Assembly (NCBI RefSeq): GCF_006345805.1
Contig: NC_043004.1
Coordinates: forward strand, 20,460,001 to 20,524,000
Origin: Octopus sinensis
Lineage: Eukaryota
Direction of reading: 5' to 3'
Length of the DNA: 64,000 nt
Below the pieces are notes generated by a model. That model had not been told where the DNA came from, did not search any database, and saw nothing but the letters and a program-made list of their open reading frames with translations. Within the stretch, counting starts at the first letter, position 1, and every line of letters begins with the position of its first letter. Position numbers and translations under genes: made by a program. Below are positions 37,506 through 50,840 of this stretch, in pieces.

Positions 37506-37509
<4 letters not shown>

Positions 37510-37539
37510 CCTAGAAACAAATTACATGTACAACCACAC

Positions 37540-38600
37540 ACCACAAAGAAGGAAGTAAATATTGCAGCAAATATGTCGAGAAACTGGAAGACTACTGAGA
37601 TTGAACTGCTTCTCAGAGCTTGGGTAATAGCTGGAAATGATTCACCCAAAAGCCTTATTGCAGCAACCCTGAAAGATAATGGATTTAGCTGATCTGTGGT
37701 ACAAATTGAGCAAAAAGAAGTCAACTTATTAACTCCTATGCACTCATCAGGCCATACTTGGACAAACTAGATACTAATTTTGAAAATGGTGAATCCTCAA
37801 CTGAAGCACTTGACTCAGAGAAAAGTACCAATGTTGAAACATCATGTGGATGACCCAATAAAGAAAGCAACCATCAACAAGGATATTCATAGTCACAGCG
37901 ATAAAAAAATATTGAAAACGAAATAAAATAAAAGCTCCTAAGAAAAGCAGTCTCAACACCACCTCTGAAAACAATGGGAAAGATAAAGGAACCAACTAAA
38001 AGCTTAATGAAACAGAGTTCAGAGTGAAAGAGAAAACTACAGAAAGGAACAGCAAAAGAAAAAAATGGTGTGTGAAATGAATACTGTTTGTAAATTCTAT
38101 CACAAAGATGTTTGCTGGCATGGAGAGAAGGGGATAAACTGTCACTTTGCAAACCCAAATCTCAGGCATAATAGAACCCGTGGTAAGAAGCACCCTTCAC
38201 TTAAAGAAGAAGAGAGGATAAAACCATAGCTGGAGTGAGTTGTGCCACAATATAGACCTGAAGTGGAGAAGACCACTAACAAGCTGTATGCTCATGCAAT
38301 CAAGCAGAATCTTTATCTGATCTCATGAGAATGCTTTTATAGAGCAAACTATACTCTCCTCAGACAGAAACAATAACATATTAGACCTTGCTTAACCAAC
38401 AATATAGAACTTATCCACAATGTGATGATATCACTGAGAATCTTCTCAGATCACATGATAGAACTGACGATGTATGGCCTAAAATTAATTAATGATGTAT
38501 TCCACACAGATGACACCCAAACCCCATCTAGTCTGAACTTCTACAAGGCTGACTAGAAGTCAACTGAAAAATGGATTATCCATCAAAATTGGCTTAAAAG
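37540..38600 (+). mobile_element. CR1-group LINE relic (ORF1 zinc-finger-like motif and end of APE domain)
   Basis: VCKFYHKDVCWHGEKGINCHFANP; NNILDL..NNIELIHNV..FSDH; LNFYKAD. Confidence 0.6.
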
Positions 38601-40119
38601 CCCCCTATGCAAGACATTGGTATTCTACCTGACTTTTCTGTGAGAGAACATACTATTTCCCTCTTTTTAATTGCACTCTGTCAATTTTTGTTAGCCATTT
38701 CTGACTCTGATATTGAGTTAGTGGGCTCCCATCATTTTGTTTTCTACTGTATTGTCTCAGAATCTATCTTAGTTTTCATTACAGCCAGTATAAATTTTGC
38801 TTTTGTTTCTTTATCTGTAAATGGTTGGATGCAAACTCTTTTATTAAATGGTAGGTTAGGGAAATATATGTAAATCACATCATATGATTTGCTTGAAATA
38901 TTGTAGATGGAATTTTGATGGGTATTACTCTTCCTTCTTCTGTGTCAGCAATCAGGTTAGAATCCACAATCTGTATTCCTGGGTGAGTTATTGTTGTTAC
39001 TGCTTTTTCTTAATTTCCATCAAACTTGTGTGAAAGAGTTTTTCAATTTCAGATATACATTCAATATTATTAATTTCTTTGGTGGGATAAGGCCTAAGTT
39101 GGTGATAATCTTAAAGCAGATGTTTCTTCCTTGTCCACTTGTATAACACAATAAGTGTTTATCTGAGTATTTCTATTGGTATTTTCAGTTTGTGTGTTTG
39201 TGTTAAAATTGTAAGGTAGTGTACTATCAACCATAAAAATTCCATCATTGCTTTTAGGATATCTCCATTTCTTTCTGACTGAGTGATGATGGCGTTGATA
39301 GTGTTGCTTCATTCATTTTAGATTGTAACAGAAATGCTTGCTGCAACTGTCACTTATGTAGCACTATTCTCATTGAATAACATAGAGGAATGTTTCCATC
39401 TTCAATGGAGTGAGGATGCCTTTAATTTCATGGAGAAGGATTCTTTTCCTTTTATCTCAGGATAGATTGTCTTTTTTCTTTTTCTTTTTTGCATTAAGTA
39501 ATATTATATACTTTAATTTTTTGGCTTGGTGTTTTGAGATAGGCTTGCTTACATCTAAGTTGATGGGGTTTGTATACATTCCAGATAAGATACTGTTTTT
39601 TATGAAGTGATTTTGTTTAGTTGCAACTTTTTTCTTTAGCCAATAAAATACAGTCTTTCTCAGTTTTTCTGCTAGCCTGGCTAAAGCTTGCAAACTTGTG
39701 ACTTTCAATTTAGTTAGCAAAAATACAAAAGTATGAAACTTTATGTTAAAACCAGCATTGTTATATTTATTTGGGAGACAACCAACACACACACACACAC
39801 AAACACATACAGAGCTGTTCTGAAGCTAGTAGAAAAGAATGTAGCTTAAGTAAGCTAAAATATCATCAGCTCATATGCTACCATGGCGATTTAACATCAG
39901 CAAAAACACAATTTTTTTTTTTCTTTTTGTAAACTCTAAAATTCAACCATTGAAAAAATGCAAACCTATCAAGAATGCTAGAAATTGGTGTTGGCAGCAA
40001 AAAATATCTTTGGGGACATAAACAAACATCATTTATAACTCTTTCCAAATGGAAAATATGTGTGCATGTGTGTATATATACATATATATAGTATTAAAAA
40101 CACTGGAGTATAAGACCAG

Positions 40120-40160
<41 letters not shown>

Positions 40161-40162
<2 letters not shown>

Positions 40163-40298
40163 TCGACTTTGCCTTTCATCCTTTCGGGATCGATAAATAA
40201 AGTACTAGTTTCGCACTGGGGTCGATGTAATCGACTTAATCCCTCTGTCTGTCCTTATTTGTCCCCTCTATGTTTAGCCCCATGTGGGCAATAAAGAA

Positions 40299-40299
<1 letters not shown>
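40161..40299 (+). mobile_element. SINE family C, 5'-truncated
   Basis: Starts at ggtcgactttgcctttcatcc. Confidence 0.8.
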
Positions 40300-40331
<32 letters not shown>

Positions 40332-40405
40332 CATGCATACATATATATATGTGTGTGTGTGTGTGAGTGTGTGTGTGTGCATGTGTGTATATATACTAAA
40401 CATAA

Positions 40406-40860
40406 GTGTGGCTTTGTGATAAGAAACTTGCTTCTCAACCTCATGGTTCCAAGTTCAGTTCCACTGCATACCATCTTGGGCAACTGTCTTTTACTATTGC
40501 CCTGGGCCAGCCAAAGCCTTGTGAGCGAATTTGATAGATAGAAACTAAAAGTATTCTGTCATGTAATACAGTTAAATTTACCATGTTCGTGTATGTAAAC
40601 CTACATAGTAGGTTTACACACATACACACACATGCACACACAAACATGTATGTGTGTTTTTACGTTTGTGTTTATTCCCTACCATCACCTGACAACCAAT
40701 GTTGGTTTGTTTATGCTCCTTGTAACTTAGTGGTTCAGCAAAAGGTTATGGACAAAATAGATACCAGACATTAAAAAATAGTACTGGGGTTGAGTTGTTC
40801 AATAAAACTCTTAAAGCTGTTGATCCAGTATGGCCACAGGCTGAAACAATTAAAGAGTAA
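40406..40860 (+). mobile_element. SINE family A, diverged
   Basis: Head, body and tail match. Confidence 0.75.
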
Positions 40861-40871
40861 TATATATATAT

Positions 40872-40913
<42 letters not shown>

Positions 40914-40914
<1 letters not shown>

Positions 40915-41798
40915 GAGGTCTGATCAATAAGTATCTAGACTGTTGCCATAGTAATGAAGCTAAAGCATGCAGAGTAAAACTGCTTGGCAAAGATTGATCT
41001 TAAACCCTGCTGTACATGTGCACTAAGTTTTAACATTGTAGCTCACTTCTGCTGTTTACAACAGTTCTTAGAAGGAAGGTGTGTAGCATGTGATCATTGC
41101 ATTGACAATGACAGAGAAAGTTGTCATGGTGATATCTGCTGAGAGTGCTATGCAGAGTTGAAGAAAGTGTTTGGAGAAGAGTGTATGAGCTGCCCACAAG
41201 TGTACAGGTGGTTCAGACGTTTCCAAGATAGTCGGAAAAAATTATATTGTCAAACATTCTGGGATACCCGCAACCAACAGAACTGAGAAAAACATCATGG
41301 CTGTGTGGGCAGCTGTGATGGAAATTTTCGAATCACCATTGTGAGTTATCAGAGGATGTGCAACTTAGTTATGGTTCAGTTTGATCCATTATCACTGAAG
41401 ATTTGGGGATGAGTCATGTGTCTGCCAAATTTGTGCCAAAACTACTTTCGGCTGACCAAAATGACACTCAGGTTTCAGTTGCGCAAGATCTTCTTGATTG
41501 TGTTGAGACAATGAAAACACTTTGGAAACTTTGTGTAGGCCTCTGAGCAGGTGTCACCAAGCTTTTGGCAAAATTTGATGTAGATTCTCAGCTCGACTTT
41601 CTCTGTCATGGTCAATCACACCCTACACACTTTCCTTCCAAGCACTGCTGTAAACAACAGAAGTAAGCTAGAATGTTGTTAAAACTTAGTGCGCTTACAC
41701 AGCAAAGTCCAAGGTCACTCTGTGCCAAGCAGTTTCGCTCTGCAGGCTTTAGCTTCGTTACTAAGGCAACAGTCTGGATACTTATTGATCGGACTACG
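40914..41798 (+). mobile_element. Non-autonomous mariner with about 200-bp inverted ends and N-terminal transposase remnant
   Basis: TA-cgaggtctgatcaataagtatc...gatacttattgatcggactacg-TA; ECYAELKKVFGEECMSCPQVYRWFRRF, DLGMSHVSAKFVPKLL. Confidence 0.9.
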
Positions 41799-42839
41799 TA
41801 TATATATATATATATATATATCATTTGTATAGGTTAATATTTGAAGCAGGGTTTAGATCTTCCTGAATTTGTATTTATTTGCAAAATTTGGTAATGGGCA
41901 GATGTCATATAATTATGTTAATATTTATCAAAACTGAAAAATTATTGTGGTTATTATTTTCGTTCAGAAGGAAAAAATTCCACACATCTTCACACATTCA
42001 ATTCTTGATCATTACATGACATAATGATGTTAGATAAAAGAAATGAATTGTATTGAAGAATATCAAGAAGGTATTTCCAAAGTATAGGGATTTTGCTCTC
42101 TACTTTGTAATTTGACTTTTTACAGGAATTTCTTTTCTGATTTATGTATGTTTTTGAAGAATCATAATCTCAGATGTTTAAAATATAAATCAGACAAACA
42201 TTTTCAAACAAATTCAAAGCAGAAAAATCGGGTTGTGTAAAGAATCATCGTTTTTTTTTTGTTTTTTTTTGTACAATTGTAATCTTCGATGCTTAAAACA
42301 TACGGATCCGAAGAAATTATAGTTTTCAATGTACTTGATAGTTTTCAACTCTATTCTTTAGGAACACTCATCGAAAATACTTACAATCTGTATTCTAGAT
42401 AATAACTTCAGAATTTTTTCATCTTTCTTTCCAGTAATATCAATCAGAATAATATCAAAGATGCTGTTCTATGTTGTGCAGAGAGTTATTTGATTGTCAA
42501 AAAGTGCAGACTCATTTAACCTCAAAAAAAAAATAAATAAATAAATAAAATAATGATAAAAATTCTATTAAGACATTTAAATTATTTAAACATTTCTGAA
42601 GGCTTGTAGATTGGCAGAACCATTAGTAACTTGAACAGAATGTCTTACACTATTTCTTCTGACTCTTTATGTTCTAATTTCACTTCCTGTCAGCATAAAG
42701 TTTGATTTTCATCCTTTTGGACTGACTCCTCTCCACAATTTCCAAGCCTTCACTATATCCCCAATGCTGGTATTCGGTATCAAGCTGTGATGTCATTGTC
42801 TTTGATATCTTTTTTTTTTTTCTATCCTCTAAAGTTTAT

Positions 42840-43250
42840 GATCAGAATCACTTGCCTTGAATCTCTATTACCCATTCCATGGTGATTTCTAAATCTCTAC
42901 ACCCTCCCAATACTAGCTTTGAAATTCTTGATATCCATATGCTTAGATAGCTTGGAAAGCAGTATTTTGAATTTCTAAACCATGAACATTTCTTTTGCAT
43001 CTCTCATATATTCCTTGCATCATGAAATGATTTATCATTTGCATCAGCATTATATTATATTCTGATGAAGATTTAGTGAGTTTGTCCTGAGCCTTGCAAA
43101 TGTCTGAAAATATTTTTAGTGCAATACACTTCAGAGTTTCACCACCAGAACACCAGCCTCTAACTTTATTATATGTTCCGGTTTTAGGTTCACAGATAAG
43201 ATCACATTTTCCATGAGATTATTGTACTCCTGTGAAACAGTCATATAAAA
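42840..43250 (-). mobile_element. pogo/Tigger transposase relic (CENP-B-type HTH)
   Basis: DAKEMF...KNFKASIGRV*RFRNHHGM resembles FKASxGWLxRFKxRHG; upstream boundary approximate. Confidence 0.5.
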
Positions 43251-43738
43251 CACAAGGCTGAAAAAATTCCTAATCAGTATAATGAAAATTGCAGGGTAAC
43301 ACAAATCAAGCTGTGTTGTGTATGAGGGTTAATTATTCAGCATGCTCACTGCAGGTCAGATAAATCTATGTATCTGGCATATACTTAGAAAGGAACATTC
43401 AAACTTTGATCTCATTTGATCTAACTTAATCTTGTCTTCTGAATGTATATTACTAAATTTGAAAGCAAGGTAGTGAGTTAGCAGAATCATTACTGTACTG
43501 GACAAAGTGCCTGGCAGCATTACTTCTGGTTCTTCAAATGCTGCTAAGACTGACTTCGCCTTTCATATTTTGGAGATCGATAAAATAAGTACCATTTGAA
43601 CACTGAGCAATAACTCCTGAAATATGCATATACATTGTATTGTTTACATAGACATATTCATATACAAAATCTTGTAACTTTCAGTACTGGCTCTAAATTT
43701 TATAGTAAATCTGTAGAGATAACTTAAAAGTCACACAC

Positions 43739-43790
<52 letters not shown>

Positions 43791-44329
43791 CATGTTTATT
43801 GTTACCAAAAAGCTTTAATGATATCTTCTTTACAAACTATAGAAATATTGAACTACAAAAGAAGAATGAGTCTGTTTTTATTTCATAGAATTTAGCAGCT
43901 GGGAACCATGACATCATTACTGGAAAAACTAAACTATAACACTGAAGAAGCTTTATGGACAATAAGGAAAATTCTAAAATCAACTTTAATTTAACTCTTA
44001 ATTATAAGATCATATCATATATATAGTAATATTGCTTAATAATTTACAAGCAAAATTGTTTTAGTAGTTCATATAAGTTAAACAAGTACTTTAATTAAAT
44101 CATAACTTAATTATTTATCTTAAGTTATATTTAAAATGTGGAAGGTGAAATCTCTGGAAGATATGGGATGAAGGGATGGGGAAATATCTTTAAACATTGG
44201 GCCTCACAGAAAGGATGACAAGGTACCAAGATTGCTGGCAGTTCGCCGTGCTTTTAGAGGACATGTCAAGCTACATAAAATCATTGTTGTCTTTGCATGC
44301 AGGCATGTCCTCTGCATCCTTCTTCAGCT

Positions 44330-44560
44330 GAGTGATTCTAAACTTAGGGACTCATGGATACTGGTGCCTTGTGAAAAACACCCATGCTGGTGTTGCATAA
44401 AAGCACCCAGTACACTCTGTAAAGTGGTTGGTGTTAGATAGAGCATCCACTGTAGAAACAATGCCAAGACAGACATGAAGCCCAGGCAACTCTCCAGTTG
44501 GTCAACATCTGTCAAACTGTCCAACCCATGCCAAAATGGAGAACATGTTAAATGATGATG
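44330..44560 (+). mobile_element. Family D, diverged
   Basis: cataaaagcacccagtacactc...tccaacccatgcc...gatgatgat. Confidence 0.65.
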
Positions 44561-46082
44561 ATCATCCTCATGATCATGATCGGGACCATGGATCAGTATG
44601 GACTCTTTGAAACATTTATTATAAATCAGTTGTTGATTAATTATATTTATTTATAAATGATATGTAAACACTGAAAAGCTACTAACAAGTATATCCAGTA
44701 TAGATGTTTATAGTTCACATAACTTCATATTCAATAATTTAAGTACTGTACTTATGTCTAAAATTTGGCCTATATTTTCATCTGCATTTAAATATAAACA
44801 TGAAAGCCATGTCACTGATATATTATTTAAATTTGTTGAAGACAAATTGTCTTGAAGTCAGTAAATAAGTTGATGGTAACTATAAGAAATTAATTTATAT
44901 AAGGAGTTGGAATCAATAAAATTTAATGGTTTATAAATTCTAATATGAGTAAATAAACATTACCATAAATAGATTAGAATAATTAGACTGAAGGTAAATG
45001 ATTTATAATATATATTTCAATAAACACCTGAAGTAATAAACAGAGAATGAAAATAATAAACTTGCTATATCACTGGACATAAGACTTGAAAAATATCTTA
45101 TCTATTTCAATACACACTATCATATGAAAACAGTTAAATCTATTTAAGTAGAGGATTAAAAGAAATTTTTGTAGTGGTAACATCAATAATTGACTGTATA
45201 AACATTTTCCCTTTTATTTCCTGCACATCAGAAAAATAGATCTTTTCCAATCTTAGATCTTGATAAATGTCAAAACATGTAGTTACAGAAAGTAGATTTT
45301 AAATGATAATGTGAGAGCACTAAGTCACTGCTACTCAAGTAGTGCAGTAATAATTACAGTCTGTGGTTTGAGGATAGAGGTTAAAATAGGAGAAAATTCC
45401 AATATAATAAATGTAAAACATTTTAATTTGCAATAATAATCTAAGCAAGCTTTATAAATGTACTTTTGAAGATAAATGTACATAGTTATTTCCTTTTATG
45501 ACATCAATAAAATGTGTTGTGTAAAGTCAAATGTATTCAAGTTTAAAAATGGTCATCAGCAAAATGGGAAAAGGGGTAACAAATGGGTTTTGAAATTATG
45601 GAGATGAAGTGAATGAATAGCTAGAACTAAGCATGAAATATAAAGGAAAATATGATTACTTTATCATGGTTGCTGGCATCAGTGAGAAGTGAATGAGTTA
45701 GTCATGAATTCTAATAAATAGCCAAACATAGCTCAGTATATGAGTCTGATTAAAATTTGATATGCTATGTATATATGATGTGTATATGATGTGTGTGTGT
45801 GTGTGTGTGTGTGTATGCGTGTGAATTAATGACTTATATGGCTAGTCTCATTTCTGTCATAACAGAATTTGTGTAAGAAAGCTTAAAAATATAAGAATAT
45901 TTATTGCTCAGAAAAGATCACTCCTTAGGAGGAAGCCTGCATGGAAGAAAAGAAAATGGCAAAATAAATATTTAGAAGTATGCTTGTAAGAACTTAATAT
46001 TTAGATCTTTTATTTAATACATGTTAGCCTTAAGATGTAATAAAAAGTTTCTTGGCTTGACAGAAGCTCCACATCATATTAG

Positions 46083-47209
46083 CCCTTTAGTATTGGGTCA
46101 TCCCATAAATAATGCAGTTTTTTCAAGTACATGAACTAAAAGGATAAACTATCTGCATCAACTTGCTATAAAAACAGGCAGCAATTTTACTTTGTACCTA
46201 TTCTTAGTGCAAGTTTTGAAGAGTGCTGTTCAATTTTAACAGTTATTTTTTCAAAGCTATAATGAAAGTGACAAAAGACCATGTTCGAAATATTTTGCTT
46301 TATGAGTTCAATAAAGATAATAACACAACAGAAAGTGCAAGGGATATTAATGCAGTATATGGGGATTGAATAATAAGCATAAGCCAATGTCAACAGTGGT
46401 TCCAGAAATTCTGTGCCAGATACTACAGCCTAGGAGATGAGCCTTGCTCTGGAAGATTTGTAGAGCTTAACAAGGACGTCCTGCAAAACCTGATGGAACA
46501 AAATCCCATTGTAACTGTTGAGGAACAAGCAGAGAAGCTTGGATTTGGTAATTCAACCAGTCATTCAAGTCTGTGTTAGAAGAAAAATGACCATCTTTGG
46601 TGTCAAGACGAAAGGTGTTCTTCCATCAGGATAATGCTTGGCCATGTACATGACATTACAAAGGCTGGAGGAATTTGAATGGAAAATGATGCCCCACCCA
46701 CCATATTGACCGGACATTTCCCCATCTGATTATCATTTATTCTGCAGTCTTCAAAACCATTTGATGGAAAAATATGAATTCTAAAGATGAGGTCAGAACA
46801 GTAGTGGAGGAGTATTTTTCCTCACGGACAAGTGAATTTTGGAAGAGGGATCTTGCAAGTCTACTAGATAGATGGAAGAGTGTTGAAAAAAATGAATGAG
46901 ATTATATTTTAGATAAAAAAAGAAATTTGTTTATCTTAATTTTGAAAAATAAATGAAGTATAAAAAAAACGCATTATTTATGGGATGACCCAATATTTAA
47001 AGCAACCAGATCTGGTCTAAATATTGTGCGAGTTTTATGTCCAAACTGACCAGATCTGATCTCTCATGCCTCTCCTACAATGTCATTCTAAAAGCAAAGA
47101 ATCACATCACTGAAATCTCAAAGCTACAAGGTAATGTATGATTGATTCAAAACAACTTGAATAAATAAATAAGCACTACCTTTAGCAGAGTAATCTGAAA
47201 GCTAAAAGG
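46083..47209. mobile_element. piggyBac-type MITE interrupted by a mariner
   Basis: ttag-ccctttagTA [mariner] TAtttaaagcaacc...gctaaaagg-ttaa; body homologous to 19262-19490. Confidence 0.7.
46093..46993 (+). mobile_element. Internally deleted mariner
   Basis: TIR ttgggtcatcccataaataatgc / gcattatttatgggatgacccaa with TA TSD; HVRNILLYEF, QCQQWFQKF, FHQDNA, PHPPY*PDISPSDYHLF. Confidence 0.92.
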
Positions 47210-47479
47210 TTAAATATCAAATAGAAGAACTACATTGTGGATTTCTATCTTAGAAAAAGCACGGAATCAACCATCATGAAACGCTAATGAAAGGATATTT
47301 CTTACATTAGTGTTTTATGATAAAAGATTCGATATTTAGTAATCTTCCTTCTAATATAACAAACCAAAGAATAAATCTGAGCTGCTTCTGCTACACAAAG
47401 ACAACAACCACTAAGAGTACACAGAGCTTAAACCACCAATTTTTGTCTACCATTTATATTATGAGTTTGCTAATACATT

Positions 47480-48650
47480 CTGTCCACTGTGTAAAGAAAC
47501 CTGATTCTTCTAATATGCAGCTCCTCTCTATGTTCATTTGTAAACAACATCTCTAAAAATTTTCCTTCCACATATTCATCCACATTCCATTCCACATATG
47601 CGTCATAGATACACTCCGTGCTGTATTCCATACTCCCACTACCATATCAAAGAACACTTCTTACACTGGTATTTCAAGATGATGAATTACATGCATCAAT
47701 TGCATCCAACAACCCCACTAGAAAGGCCAGCATAGTCCTTCCTCATGATGTCTAAGATGATATAGATTTTGTGGTGGTAGCAATGTGCTAGTATATTGAT
47801 GTCCCCATGATAATATTCAAATGATAACAGTCAAGAAAACCATTACTTTTGATCTGAGGGTTAGATATTTGTTCCTAAAGATCCATTTTGTAAATTCTCT
47901 AAATGCAACATAGCCTGATCCAATTCTGTGTTCCACATCATTTTCAGAAGTACATTTTTTAGAAACAAGACTTTCAATATTGGGGAAGGGATCTTGAGAA
48001 GTATATGAGAAATAATGATATTGAAATCATGGAAATAGGTCTTCAGAGCAACTTGGATAAGAACTTTGGTCTTCCTAATATTCATTCTGGGATCAAAACA
48101 ATTATATGCACTGATCTTTGTTGACTGATTTTGTGTATTCCTGATGTCTATGAATAGAAAGCAGCATTGCCATGGACACATTGAAGTTGTGAGATGTGTT
48201 GGATCTTAGTAATTAATGAGATCCAAATCTGCTCATGTTAAATAATCCTCCATCAAAATGGAATTTAATTTCAACACCTGAATTGTCACGAGAAGTTCAA
48301 AAAAGAATTACAGATAGGTGTAAGAAGATTGCAGGTGCCAAATAGTAATTATGCTTCTATCCACATGTAACCAGTAACTGTTCAAAAGTGCTTTTGATGT
48401 AAAACACAACCTGACTAATGTCATGCAGTATTTTGGCAGTCAAAAAATTGAAAACTCCTCTACATGGCATCTCTTGGTACACTGCCAAAATTCTTTTTCC
48501 TGCCATGCAAAGAAAAAGTGGTTTCTATTATTCTCTGCTTTTCTCTTGTGGTTGCCTTGCACAGAAAATTATATTGCTTTGTCCTGAAAGGCACAAAAGC
48601 AGCATTGAAATTTGGGAAGAACCTTTTTTTGTGATATCTTAGGCAGTTTA
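47480..48650 (-). mobile_element. RTE LINE RT relic
   Basis: PCRGVFNFLTAKIL (xRGISLLxxxGKI) and MNIRKTKVL motifs, with stops. Confidence 0.65.
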
Positions 48651-49810
48651 GAAGGTTTCTTGCAAATAATTTACTGCATTAGAAATTTTTTGGCACTACT
48701 TTAAGATGGTAATAACTGCACATCTAAATCCGTTTGAGACTTAAAGTTTAAACATAGTTTCAACATTAGAAAGTACACACACACACACACGCACACCAGA
48801 ACCCCAGCCTTAACTTGCAAGTAAATGTGCTCTGCTAATTGTTTTAGATTCCAATGGAGACATAGGAATTATCCTCCAATACTTGGGCCTTGTGGAATAT
48901 TGAAGGCATAACAGCTGGAGTTAGGGCTGTACTCATTTTCAGCTGAGTGAACTGAAGCAACATAAAATGAAGTATCTTGTTAAAGGACACACAGAACCAA
49001 CCATTCTGGAAAATGAACTTATGACCCCTTGAGTGTGCACTCCACACTAATTACTAGTAGATTCTACACAGTTTTTATCCATAAAATTTTATTTATAACA
49101 TATCAATCAAACCCAAAGCTACGTTAGAATACACTTTTCCAAGGTGCTGAGTAATGCAATGAAACCCAGGACACATGGTTCACAAATAAACATTCCCAAC
49201 CACACAATAGTACTTGTGTCCATATTTATATCATTGATTTTACTAGAACTGATTTCATTGGGAGATGAAAAGCAAAGATATATCTAATGAGATATGCGCA
49301 CAGAAGTTTACGGACATTGATTTAAATACTTCAAGACATTTAGTCAGTCAATATTCCAATTTCTGATAAACCATACCCACCTACTCTTTCTTATTTACAC
49401 TAGACTAAACAAAACATGTCACAGGTTGGCTTTTTACCAGAATGATTCAGGACTTTATGTATGTAACTTACACTGGTTATTGAAAATATGAAAGTATGAA
49501 AGTTAAAATGCCACTCTTAGCATTTCTACATGTGCCAACAAAGCAATTTCATCTGGCAGTGTCTTATAGGCTTATACAATTTTAAATCTTTCCAGCTAAA
49601 TGAGGTAGAATAAAACACTCCTTGTAAATTTTCCATTTATATTCTGATTTTCTTTATCTAATTCTAAAATATCAAATACATTCCATTTTAGAATATGATT
49701 TACATATTTTGTTCATGGAGTCTTTTTTCATGAATTAATCCTTTTATCAATCAACTAGTAAGTACAAAATGTTTGTCTCCCCCTCTCCCTCTTTTTCTCT
49801 CTCTCTCCCT

Positions 49811-49842
<32 letters not shown>

Positions 49843-50457
49843 TTACCTTTCGGTCTAACAACACACATACACAGGCATGCATGTATTCATACATACATAC
49901 GAATCTATCAATGTAATTACCTTTATCAACATTTCTGCCTCTGCCTCTTTTTGTATATAACGCACAAGACAGTAGTTTTGTATCACTTGTAATGTAATGT
50001 AAGGTGATACAAAGCAATTGACTCTCTTCCTTAGTATTACACCTAAAATACAATATGATGTTCATTGCATGCGTTTATATACCCTAGTCATTCATATTAT
50101 ATGTAAACAGTTTATTCAACCTGTTAACCCATATATGCTCATAAAAAAATGAAGTCCTAAAATTTCCCTGTATTTAGATTAAACGTTATGGTAAGCTTTC
50201 ACAATCTGGAAGAGAAGGACAACATGCAACTGTTAGTAAGGGGTGTAGACTACCTACTTAACATTTTGTATACTCAGTCAGATGCTTCCCAGCGAATTCA
50301 TGTCCAAATGAGTAGGAGCAGGTTTTGCATTGCAAAAACGCAATCAGGGGCATATATGAGTTAATAGAGGGAGATAGAAGGTAAGATACCAGGATTATGA
50401 TGATAAAGTGAGAGAAAAAGAGGGAAGAGAATAGTGATGGACATACAAACACATTTT

Positions 50458-50840
50458 GGCATACCCACATGCACTCAAATAACCACACCTTTTGGCATAC
50501 AAACATGCATGCATACACACACAACATATTTAGTCATACCCACATGCATTCAAACACGTACACTCATACAGACATTTAGGCATACCCACATGCACTCAAA
50601 TAACCACACCTTTTGGCATACAAACATGCATGCATACACACACAACATATTTAGTCATACCCACATGCATTCAAACACGTACACTCATACAGACATTTAG
50701 GCATACCCACATGCACTCAAATAACCACACCTTTTGGCATACAAACATGCATGCATACACACACAACATATTTAGTCATACCCACATGCATTCAAACACG
50801 TACACTCATACAGACATTTAGGCATACCCTCATGCACTCA
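50458..50840. repeat. 121-bp higher-order tandem repeat, 3 copies plus flanking monomers
   Basis: ggcatacccacatgcactc at 50458, 50579 and 50700 (variant at 50821); each unit is 36+39+46-bp related monomers. Confidence 0.95.

Noticed and set aside
42385-42468. Candidate 84-bp phase-0 minus-strand exon NSIFDIILIDITGKKDEKILKLLSRIQI with GTAAGT donor; the opposite strand also has a good acceptor and short open frame
   Set aside because: Weak acceptor, no neighbouring exons and no recognisable protein; needs RNA-seq or homology
42940-43215. About 90-codon minus-strand frame with RGWCSGGE, resembling an ABC/Rad50 signature
   Set aside because: Bounded by stops, no splice context, and an overlapping frame matches a pogo/Tigger HTH relic
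50458-50840. CRISPR-like regular repeats
   Set aside because: The units are contiguous with no unique spacers; eukaryotic context with no cas genes
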